A DNA stretch of 64,000 bases from Octopus sinensis (taxonomy: Eukaryota). Positions 12,820 through 23,807 of this stretch are shown in pieces (positions within the stretch are counted from its first letter, which is position 1; each line of letters opens with the position of its first letter). The notes under the pieces are model-generated. The model made no database searches and was not told the origin of the DNA. It worked only from the letters and a program-made list of their open reading frames with translations. The DNA is taken from contig NC_043011.1 in the NCBI RefSeq assembly GCF_006345805.1, positions 53,704,464 to 53,768,463 on the forward strand, read 5' to 3'. The position numbers and the translations under genes are program-made.

Positions 12820-13579
12820 CATACATATAAGGGGGATGACCACTAAGTGGACATCCATTATGCTAGAAGTAGACCTCCCTTATGGTCTTACCACTAAGAA
12901 AAGCTGTCCAACGCATGCCAGCATGGAAAACAGACATTGAATAATGAATACGATGTCAACAGGCTCACTCAAGGTGCCACACAGTGGGACTGAACCCAGA
13001 ACCATGCAGGTGGGGTGCAAGCTTCTTACCACACAGCCTTGCCTGCACCTGCACACATCCATGGCTGCACCTGCACTTATTATCAGGAGTTGTATAAAAG
13101 AATTTTAAATGTTTTGTGTATTGTGGACGTATAAGCAATTTATTGCAGATAAACGTTAACAACAAAATCTTATATGAACTCCCAAGGACTCTATGGACCC
13201 CTGTTGAGAACCATTGCTGTAGAACAATGCAAGAATAAATTGTGCCTCACAAAGCTAACACATAGAACATTTAGTTAAGAGCAAAAGAGCACACACATAT
13301 AGTATATGAGCTAAACATACCCTGTTATTGAATAAATGGATATGTCATTAACAACTGATAAAACAGAACAATGTTTATGTATTACATTCACCACAAAGCA
13401 ATAGTTTGAATACACATCAGTCACAGCAGAATAAAACAAGCTTTCTCATGGACATGAAGCCATAAATGTGCAAATGACACAACAGACTTCAAAAGTTGAA
13501 TTTAATACACAATACAAAATTTCATTGTAAACCTGAAAAGTCATAGAGTTCACGATTTAAACTTTTCTCATGGTTGGGG

Positions 13580-14340
13580 TGTAGACATGGTTGTGTTTGT
13601 TAAGAAGCTCCCTGCTTTGGACCCATGTGGATTTTGGGGTTCAGTCTCATTGGGCAGCACCTTGGACAAGTTTCTTCTATGATAGCTGACCAAAGCCTTG
13701 TGAGTGGATTTGGTTGGTCGAAATTCCTCGAATAGTAAATAGCAGGAAAGGCTGTGTGGTAAGTAGCTTGCTTACCAACCACACAGTTCCAGGTTCAGTC
13801 CCACTGCATGGTACCTTGGGCAAGTGTCTTCTAGTATAGCCTCGGGTCGACCAAAGCCTCGTGAGTGGATTTGGTAGATGGAAACTGAAAAAAGCCCGTC
13901 GTATATATATATGTGTGTATATATATATATGTGCATATGTATGTGTGTGTATATGTTTGTGTGTCTGTGTTTGTCTCTCCAACATCGCTTGACAACTGAT
14001 GCTGGTGTGTTTACATCCCCGTAACTTTGCGGCTCGGCAAAAGAGATCAATAGAATAAGTACTAGGCTTACAAAGAATAAGTCCTGGGGTCGATTTGCTC
14101 GATTAAAGGTGGTGCTCCAGCATGGCCACAGTCAAATGACTAAGACAAGTAAAAGAGTAAAAGAGTAAGAATATGTGCAGGCATGGCTGTGTGGTAAGCA
14201 GCTGGCTTCTCAGCCACATGTTTCTGGGTTCAGTCCCACTGCGTGGCACCTCAGGCAAGTGTCTTCTACTATAGCCTCAGACTGACCAAAGCCTTGTGAG
14301 TGGATTTGGTACATGGAAATGGGAAGAAGCCCATCGTATA
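13580..14340 (+). mobile_element. Three stacked SINE family A copies (degenerate 5' half, full 13747-14167, 5' half 14178-14340)
   Basis: Three successive heads with gggttcagtc and gaccaaagccttgtgagtggatttgg. Confidence 0.85.
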
Positions 14341-14563
14341 TCATCATCATCATCATCATCATCGTTTAAACGTCCATTTTCCGCGCTAGCACGGGTTGGA
14401 CGGTTCAACTTGGGCCTGGGAAGCCAGAAGGCTGCACCAGGCCCAGTCTGATCTGGACGTGGTTCTACAGCTCGATGCCCTTCCTAACGCCAACCACTCC
14501 GCGAGTGTAGTGGGTGCTTTTTACGTGCCACCTGCATGGGTGCCAGGGGGGTCTGGCATCGGC
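14340..14563 (-). mobile_element. RTE-type 3' tail
   Basis: (cat)n gtttaaacgtccattttcc...gatgcccttcctaacgccaacc. Confidence 0.8.
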
Positions 14564-14739
14564 CGTAGTAAAAAAAAAAAAAGGAGTAGAATAAACCATC
14601 ACACAAAATAAAATAATGTATCATTAATTAAATATATCCTGTTAGAATACACTGAATTTATAGTGAGTGCTTGTTGTATAAGATGTCAAAAATATTAATA
14701 CTATGAAGTACTTAGACATTAATACGAGAAATTATATAT

Positions 14740-15310
14740 ACTGTATTTTGAAATAATACCATGAAATTTAATATCAAAAAAATTTCTCACAAAGATATAT
14801 ATGTCTAAAATAGTGTTATATTAAAAATATATGTAAACATGAAATATGACAGTTTAAAAATTTGTTAATTAATGCATCTTCACGAAAGTATTGTCATTAT
14901 AACTTGAAACACATTGATAGACAATACTTTCGCTCGTCAGAGATGGAGAAGATAATGTTTTTATGATATGTCGAATGTTGTTTTAAAATTAGAAGAATAT
15001 ATGAGAAAATATTTTTGAAAAATAGATTAAAATTTACTGGTTTAGATTTATGCAGGTCGGCTTTGGTAATAAAATTTAAAGTTTGTATTTATATCCTTGG
15101 TAAGTTCATCTCTGTAATAATGGTTTCCATTATAATGACAATACTTTCGTGAAACGATTGTAAGATGCATTAATTAACAAATTTTTAAACTATCATGTTT
15201 CATATATTTATATATATTTTAAATACCTTACTATTTTAGGCATATATATCTTTGTGAAGAAGTTTTTTGATATTGAATTTCATGCTATTATGTCAAAATA
15301 CAGTATATAT
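14740..15310. mobile_element. Penelope-like inverted terminal pair with two broken hammerheads
   Basis: Diverged inverted arms ~14740-14900 and ~15128-15310; HHR halves at 14874-14945 (-) and 15107-15167 (+). Confidence 0.7.
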
Positions 15311-15324
15311 ATATATATATATAT

Positions 15325-16080
15325 ACTAGCAGCATAGCCCGGCGTTGCCCGGGTATGTAAGAAACTTTGTCGATAAGCAATGCCCTTTACCTTTTTACCC
15401 TTTTTTGTACTCATTGAACTGTTATTTTGTAAAATGAAGCCTAAAAGGCATTAAGGCATTCAAGGCACCGTTCCCTTACATGCATGAAGAAAATCTGTAA
15501 CAGTCAAAATGCATTTTCTGGTTTTGTTTAGCACACCCAACCCAGTTCTGCTGTGTTTTCCAGTAATAACGTATCCTTTTGGAATCAAAAGGGCCATTAG
15601 CTCCTTGGAGCAGACATGATGCTCGCTGTGAATTTCAAAAAAAATTCCTGCCAATTTGTTAAAGATATTGTCGAAAATATGTCATCTTGAATTTTGAACG
15701 CAATTTTCCCAAAATGGATGGATTTATCGATTTTTTCTGATGGTAAGGTATTGCATGGAAAACTAACATCAGAATTAAGTTCCTTAGGAGTAACATTAAG
15801 CTTCACCATGAGTTTGATGAAAATCGATTGCAAGTTGCGAAAACTACAACAGAAAATGTGTTGCATATGATAAACTTAGATTCTTGACCCCATGTCGAAT
15901 TTATCGATTTTTTTCAGAACTGGGGGAACTTTTCAAAATTTTCACTGCGTTAGTTTTGAATTATGACATTGGGCTATATGTGTGTCACGTTTCATCAGAA
16001 TCGGTTGAAAGCCGTGGTCAGGGTGAGGGTACAACATGACAGACACACAGGCAGACAAACTGCCTTTTATATATATAGAT
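15325..16080. mobile_element. Non-autonomous Helitron/Helentron-like (HINE/DINE-like) element
   Basis: One end actagcagcatagcccggcgttgcccggg (hairpin); other end cagacacacaggcagacaaactgccttttatatatatagat; inserted in (TA)n. Confidence 0.65.
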
Positions 16081-16101
16081 ATATATATATATATATATAT
16101 A

Positions 16102-16305
16102 GGGAGGGTTTACGAAAAAAACAAAAGACGAAGGCAGGTGGTGTACAAAACAAACAGATGTATTAATATAACGCTCAGGAATAGAAAAAGTCTTTTATGC
16201 TTTGAGCCTATGCTCTTCTACAGAAAGAGACACAGAAAAAACAAGGAGAGAAATAAGGAGAGAAAAAATGTGTGTAGTGGCTAACAATCTATCATGGCGA
16301 CTGAC
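16102..16305 (-). mobile_element. Penelope-like terminal fragment with degenerate HHR-like motif
   Basis: Second copy at 39855-40040; motif tcttt-ctgtagaa-gagc-atag-gctc-aaagc at 16190-16228. Confidence 0.55.
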
Positions 16306-17535
16306 CAGTTTTAGGCCTAGGCCACTGGACTCATATATATATATATAATATATATATATATTTGTGTGTGTGTGTGATGCTATCCTTGATGAGTCCAGTG
16401 GCCTAGGCCTAAAACTGCCAGTGCACATGAAGTGCGCAGCCCATACCTTCAACTTAATAACCAGTGTGGATGCCGACAAAGCTCTTAATAGTGGTTTGTT
16501 CAAGTTGGCCTACAGGAAGGCCATATCCAAGGCACAGCAGCTGTGGAATCTGCAGAGCCACAGCATGGTGGTGGTAGACAGCATTCTGAACACATTGAAG
16601 AGGAGGCTAGTCGTCCTCAGCAGTACCCGATGGAATTCTACCTATGACTCTGTTGTTGTCCTCAACAACCTGCTGGAGAAGAATAGGGGTGCCGTCCACA
16701 GGCTGATGACACAGCTGAAGCTGCAGACCTTCACTGATTCTGATGTCAGCTTCCTGACGGAGTACGCTCAGGTGATGTCTAATGTTGCCAAGGCCTTGGA
16801 TAAAATCCAGTGGGAAGACCAGGCTTATCTCGGGTGTCTTCTGCCGACTGTAGTGGCTACCAGCATGAAGTTGAAGGAGGCCAAGTTCAAAAATTTCCTG
16901 TGCTGCAGTCCTCTTGTAAAAGCGATACTGGCTGGCATCATGAAAAGGTTTGGGCTCCTCGTAGAAAACCTGGAGTGCCAGTTGGCTGCTACCTTCTATG
17001 CTGAGTTTCACCTGTTCTGGCTGGAGCAGTATAATAACAGCCAGGTTAACAGAGTAACGAACACCATGGAGACTGTCGTAGAGACAGCCCTAATAGAGAC
17101 CAATAAGGAGGGGGGGGCAGCAGCAGCACCAGCAATGAGGATGAGGAAGATGGTTTCTTCAGCAACATCACTTGTTCTGGGAGAGCAAGGAGCCACAGGT
17201 CACTGAAATCCAAGGTACAGAACTTGGTGAAGACCTGGCTGGAGGCTGTCTTGAAGGAGGTCCTGACTGAAGTCACCTTTTTTGGTGAGCAGGTCTTGAT
17301 CTACCTGTTCACCAAGTATAACACCACCATCCCATCCAATGCAGCAACTGAGCACCTATTCTCTATAGGCAAAGATATTTTGAGGGTCAAGAGAGCCAGC
17401 CTGTCAGATGGTAACTTTGAGAGGTTGATGTTTATGAAGGACAACCAGCATCATGTTGAGGTGATGGAGAAGGCCCAGCCAGAGTAGTATATCTTGATCA
17501 TCATCTGATCTTGGCATGATACTTATGCTATGCCA

Positions 17536-18151
17536 CAGTGATCCCTTGCTACTTCGTGGTTCAACTATCGCAGATTCACGACTTTGTGGACTTTTAGAAT
17601 ATATATATGAACATCTAAAATTTTTCATTGAATCCATTAAAATATTAATAATAACGAAGTCATGTCGATGAAGTCATGAATCCCTACAAGATGTTCTTTG
17701 AACGGAAAAAGAAGCAGTGGCAGCAACTTCCTATCACAATGTTTTTGCAGCCTCGCAAAAAAGAGCCAGTTCCTGCTGCTACTACTATGGCTGCACCTTT
17801 GGAAGAAGTGGAAGAGGTGTCCCGGGAAAGGGCACCACCATCAGCTTCATCATCATCATTTCTACTGCGCAGCAAATTCATTACCATCATCATTCAAATT
17901 TTACTTCAACTTCTTTCGTGTTGAGTACAGTAACAATCTTTATTTTTTAAAATCTAAAGTGTTATTGCTTAACAGTTGTCCTTGTTATTAATAGACTACT
18001 GTAATGTGTGGGTTGTTAACAGTACAGGGAGGGTTTTAAAAGTCCAAATACACGTTAAATAAATACTGTAAATATGGTGTCCCTACTTCGCGGAAATTCA
18101 GTTATTGCAGCTGGTCTTAAAACCAATCTACCATGATAAACAAGGGATACT
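17536..18151 (+). mobile_element. Tigger/pogo-type non-autonomous element
   Basis: cagtgatcccttgctacttcgtggttca start; FERKKKQWQQLPITMFL C-terminal remnant; gtgtccctacttcgcgga...aacaagggatac end. Confidence 0.7.
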
Positions 18152-18522
18152 CTTTTACTTGTTTCAATCATTTGACTGCGGCCATGCTGGAGCACCACCT
18201 TTAGTCGAGCAACTCGACCTCGGGACTTATTCTTTATAAGCCCTGTACTTGTTCTATCGGTCTCTTTTGCTGAACCACTAAGTGACGGGGACATAAACAC
18301 ACCCGTATCGGTTATCAAGCAATGCTAGGGGGACAAACACATATATATATACATATACACGACGGGCTTCTTTCAGTTTCCGTCTACCAAATCCACTCAC
18401 AAGGCTTTGGTCGGCCCGAGGCTATAGTAGAAGACACTTGCCCAAGGTGCCACGCAGTGGGACTGAACCCTGAACTATGTGGTTGGTAAGCAAGCTACTT
18501 ACCACATAGCCACTGCTGCGCC
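18152..18522 (-). mobile_element. SINE family A
   Basis: Reverse-complement match. Confidence 0.9.
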
Positions 18523-18975
18523 TATATGGATATCTTTTTGATTCATACCAGCATGGAAAATGGACATTAAACGATGATGAGGAATGATGATTAATACTTT
18601 TTGTACAACGAATAAATTGTATGTTACCTGAAAAACTAATATTTAATTTCATTTCTTCATTTAATTATTTATGTACACCTTAATCATCATCTGATCTTGG
18701 CATGCTGCACAATTTTGGAAAGCTCTATGTCTAAACTACAACATGAACATTTGATCTTCTTAGGTCTGTTTTTAGGGATTTTAGAGCCCCCCCCCCCCAA
18801 AAAAAAAAAACCAAACCGAAACTAAATTCATATAATAAAAGTTAGTGGTTATCATCGTTAGCTTCCACTAATTTTTTTACTTGTTTAGCAATTTAGTGTT
18901 TGCGAAGCTAACATTTTTAGTTTGTGGATTAGCGGTTAGTGAAGCTAACTTTTTGATTAGCCATGCCCACCACTG

Positions 18976-19064
18976 TCTATATATATATATATACATACAC
19001 ATATTTACATATACATACATATACATATACATACATATACATATATATATATATATATATAGAT

Positions 19065-19100
<36 letters not shown>

Positions 19101-19774
19101 ATAAATAAAATACACACATATATATATGTGTCTGTTTATACATACATATGCATATCCCACATATGTATATTTTATGTATGTGTGTGTGTGCATGCATGTG
19201 TATTGGTATATTCTGTTGTATTGAAGTGTTTCAATGAAAATATCCAGGTTTATCCCACAGTGCCGTATCCAGCATCTCCTCCTATTGCTGTCCATATTTG
19301 TTATCTTGCAATAAATATTATATTTTCTCTCTGACTTTTATAGTTTTCAGCTTTTGCTAAATTACCGATAACATGGCGATAACAAGATTTTCTCCAATCT
19401 CTGTACAGGAGACTTGTTGTTATTGTTGTTGTTGCTGCTGCTGTTGTTGTTGTTGTTGTCAATGTAGTTTAGTAGTTGTGTTGTTGATGTTGATGTTGAT
19501 GCTGATGTTGATGCTGTTGTTGTTTTTGTTGTTGTTGCTTGTTTGTGTATTTCTGTGTTGCAAAGAACAGTGTGAGGAAAGCTAGAACTGTTGGCCATGT
19601 GTGCATGTGTGTGTGTGTGTGTGTGTGTGTGTTGTGTGTTTATATTTATGTCTGTATGCGATTATCTTCATGTTTGCAGTTTTAAGTTTGTAACTTTGTA
19701 TGAGTGTATGACTACTTGTGTCTGCATAGCTATGTCAGTGAGAAAGGTAATACGTCTGCGAATATACGCGTGTG

Positions 19775-19848
<74 letters not shown>

Positions 19849-19899
19849 GCAGTATGTATATATATATATATATATATTATATGTATGTATGTATGCATG

Positions 19900-19950
<51 letters not shown>

Positions 19951-20344
19951 GCATGTATATATATATATATATATATATATGATGTATGTATGCATGTAAA
20001 TATATAATATATATATATAATATATATATATATATGTATGTATGTATGCTTATTATGTATTATATATTATATACATACATACATACACATAGATAGAAGA
20101 TGCACACACACGTATATGTATGTACATACATATGTGCATATGTGTATGGATTAGTCTCTACTTGAGTATGCGTAAGTATATGCACACATGCAGACTTTTG
20201 AGTGTATATGTTTGCATATGTGTGTATGTGTGTGTGTGTGTAAATGCTTGCATGCATGTTCCTTTGTGTGTGTTTGTGTGATAGGTACATGCTTGTTTCA
20301 CATCTGTGTATACATGTATATACATACATACATGCATACATACA

Positions 20345-20384
<40 letters not shown>

Positions 20385-20490
20385 ACCACACACATTATAT
20401 ACACACTATATATATATATACACACATACATATATATATATATACACATACATATATATTATTACACACATAATAATATATATATATATA

Positions 20491-20528
<38 letters not shown>

Positions 20529-20600
20529 TGCTTTTGTGTATTTGTATGTGTATATGTGTGTGTGTATGTGTGTATGTTTATTACATATGTTTGTAAAACA
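18976..20600. repeat. Compound (TA)/(TG)/(TATG)/(GTT) microsatellites with short unique islands
   Basis: Directly visible. Confidence 0.9.
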
Positions 20601-20763
20601 AGGAAAGAAAAAGAGAAACTCAATAGAATTTATGTTCAACAATAATAGTTATCCAAAGCCATTTTTACCAAAATTGCTTTGAGACGATAACGTAATAGGC
20701 ACACAACCTCCTCACCACACTTCCTCCAGCATACACAAGCACACACACAGAGATACACTTGCA

Positions 20764-20794
<31 letters not shown>

Positions 20795-21025
20795 TACACA
20801 CGTGCACATACATACATGTAGAACTTTGGAAAAAAGATTTCAAAAAAAGTAGCCCGTAAATTCCCCCCCCTCCAACATCAACAACAATTGTGGCAGAAAT
20901 AAAAACAATAAAAATTAAAAGAATTTCAATCAATATTGATAAAAATTTTGGTTGAGATTTTGCAGTTCTTTGGCAAAAATAGCCTCATACCTTTCTATGA
21001 TTCATCCTCTCTTTCCCTTACAATC

Positions 21026-21062
<37 letters not shown>

Positions 21063-21384
21063 GTTACCTTCTGCTCTCATCTATCTCTTTTCTCTTTGTT
21101 TTTTTTTTACTCTCTTTCTTTCTACCTATCTTTTTTTCTTTCTAATTTTCTCATTCTTTCTCTCACTTTCATTCACTCTCTCTACATATCTTTTATCTTT
21201 TATTTTTTACTCGTTTCAGTCATTAGACTGTGGCCAAGATGGAGCACCACCTTGAGGAATTTATTCTAAACTTGGTGCTTATTCTCCCAAACTCTTTTGC
21301 CAAACTGCCCAAAACACACTAGTTCTAGTGGTGGTGGGATAAACATAGATACAAAGACATGTACATATATATATATATATATGT

Positions 21385-21686
21385 TGTTGTTGTTCCTTCC
21401 TGAGACATGCCTGGCTCATAAGGGCTGGTTTCCTGGTTTCATTGGTGTATAGGTTCCCCACCTGAGTGGGATGCCAGTCCGTCGCAGGTGAGCTGCAAGA
21501 TGCAGGAGGAAAGAGTGAGAGAAAGTTGTGGTGAAAGAGTCAGCAGAAGTTTGCCTTCACTTTCTGCCGGAGCTGTGTGGAGCTTAGGTGTTTCACTCAT
21601 AAATGCACACATCGCCCGGTCTGAGATTTGAACTGCGATCCCTCGACCGCGAGTCTGCTGCTCTAACCACTTGGCCATGTGCCTCC
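21385..21686 (-). mobile_element. tRNA-derived V-type SINE
   Basis: Minus head ggcacatggccaagtggttagagc...gcagttcaaatctc; V-like box cctgcgacggactggcatcccactcagg; (caa)n tail. Confidence 0.7.
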
Positions 21687-21934
21687 ACACACACACACAC
21701 ACACATATACATATATATACATACATATGGGTACATACATACATACATGCACACACACACACATATATATATACATACGTATACAACTTTGATAGCTCCT
21801 ATGTCCCCTCCTTTATAGCAAGACACCTGTTTCTGCCTCCCTGTCTCTCTAACCTTTCATCATTTGACACAAGATCCCCTCCTCCAATGTCTTCACCCAT
21901 CTCAAATTTCCTTGTCTTGCGAGTTACTTGTGGA

Positions 21935-22207
21935 CCCTGCCAGTGCTGGTGCCACATAAAACCATCCAGTCCACATTTAGCTATAAAAACCATGCCAAAA
22001 CTGACCTCACCTTTGCTTGTGCCATGTAAAAATCACTCAGTTCACTCTGGAGGGTGGTTGGTGTTAGGAAGGGCATCCAGCCATAAAAATCCAGCCAAAA
22101 CAGACACAGTAACCTGAGGTAGCCTTCTACTGGTTGGCTCCTGTCAACTGTCCTACCCATGCATGGAAGACAAATGTTAAATGATGATGATGATGATGAT
22201 GATGATT
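21935..22207 (+). mobile_element. RTE-type 3' tail
   Basis: ggttggtgttaggaagggcatccagc...gttaaa(tga)n. Confidence 0.75.
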
Positions 22208-22671
22208 ATCTCCAGGCACCACACAGAGAGACTGAACCAGAAACCATATGGCTGGTTGGGAGGCAAACTTCCTAACCACCCAGCCATGCCAGCACCTACT
22301 CATATTTGTATAGGTCTAAGTCCTTTGGCTATGGGAAATAAAATTGGACAATTGCTGTGCTAATGACAGCTATTGAGCTAGAAACATGTGTCTATGACTA
22401 TCCACTTTGCTCCAGGCAATAAACCTGTCCTTTTCCTCAATGGCATGTCAGTTTTGGAGAATTTTTCATTCTTAAGATTATTTCCTCTTCTCGAGTGGAT
22501 CTGGTCTTAATTGTTATTTAGTAATTATGCCACATCCTTTACAGGCAGAGATGGATTTTAATAATCGAGATTTTATGGCATTAGATATACCTGTATTTGT
22601 CTATGTTATTCAAATATAAGTTACTGGCCACTTAGTTCTTTCACTTGGCTCATTGTGTGTGCATGTGTGTG

Positions 22672-22724
<53 letters not shown>

Positions 22725-22732
<8 letters not shown>

Positions 22733-23115
22733 GGAGCTTGCTTCCCAGCCACATGGTTCCAGGTTCAGTCCCACTGCATGGCACCTTGAGCAAGCATCTT
22801 CTACAATAGCCTTGGGCTGACAAAAGCCTTGTGAGTGGATTTGGTAGGTGGAAACTGAAAGAAGCCTGTCATATATATATATCATCATCATTTAACGTCC
22901 GCTTGTGCCTTTGTGTCTGTGTTTGCCCCCCCCCCCATCACTTGACAACCGATGTTGGTATGTTTACATCCCCATGACTTAGCAGTTCAACAAAAGATAA
23001 CTTTAGAGTAAGCTCTAGGCTTACAAAGAATAAGTCCTGGGATGATTTCCTTGACTAAAACCGTTTAAGGTGGTACACCAGCATGGCCACAGTCATATGA
23101 CTGAAACATGTAAAA
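22725..23115 (+). mobile_element. SINE family A
   Basis: Family match. Confidence 0.85.
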
Positions 23116-23211
23116 AAATAAAAGAATATATATGTGTGTGCGTGTGTGTATGTATATGTATGTATACATATATAAATATACACACACATATATATATATC
23201 TTTTATCTTTT

Positions 23212-23558
23212 TCTTTTACTTGTTTCAGTCATTAAACTGTGGCCATGCTGGGGCACCGCCTTGGAAAACTTTTAGTCAAAAGAATTAACCCCAGTACATA
23301 TGTTTTTAAGCCTATTCTCTTTTGCTGAACCGCTAAGTTCAGTGGTTGTCAAGCAGTGTTTGGGACAAACACGGATACAAAAACATGCACATATATATAT
23401 GACAGGTTTGTTTCAGTTTCCGTATTCGAAATCCACTCACAAGGCTTTGGTCGGCCCAAAGCTATAGCAGAAGACACTTGCCCAAGGTGCCACGCAGTAG
23501 GACTGAACCTGGAACCGTTCAGTTGGGAAGCAAGCTTCTCACCACATAGCCACGCCTG
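23212..23558 (-). mobile_element. SINE family A (internally deleted), tail-to-tail with 22725-23115
   Basis: Reverse-complement match. Confidence 0.85.
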
Positions 23559-23606
23559 CATATATATATATCTGTAAAATAATATGTGACAATTATTCGG
23601 TAGCCA

Positions 23607-23668
23607 AGATAAAACTCTGAGTTTCAGATGGCGAGTTGGAAATCCACACCACCATCTCTTCGGTTATC
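23607..23668 (-). ncRNA. Type I hammerhead-like motif (U4C variant)
   Basis: AGATAA-CCGAAGA-GATGG..CCATCT-GAAA-CTCAGA-GTT-TTATCT; 6-bp stem I; near-palindromic stem III ACTCAGAGT. Confidence 0.7.
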
Positions 23669-23807
23669 TGGCCATCTTGGCTACCAAATAATTGTCACAT
23701 ATTATTTTACAGATAAATTTCCTCTATTTACATAATATTGAGGTCTCTTTCTTTCTTTTGTTATCTTACCGTTTTACCAATATATATATATATATATATA
23801 TATACAT

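Larger units (their letters stand above)
16389..18975 (+). mobile_element. hAT transposon relic (transposase 16389-17487, 3' end to 18975), 5' truncated and interrupted
   Basis: STRWNSTYD motif; dimerisation-domain YNTTIPSNAATEHLFSIGKDILRVKRASLSDGNFERLMFMK after a frameshift; subterminal gttagc/gctaa repeats ending gcccaccactg. Confidence 0.85.
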
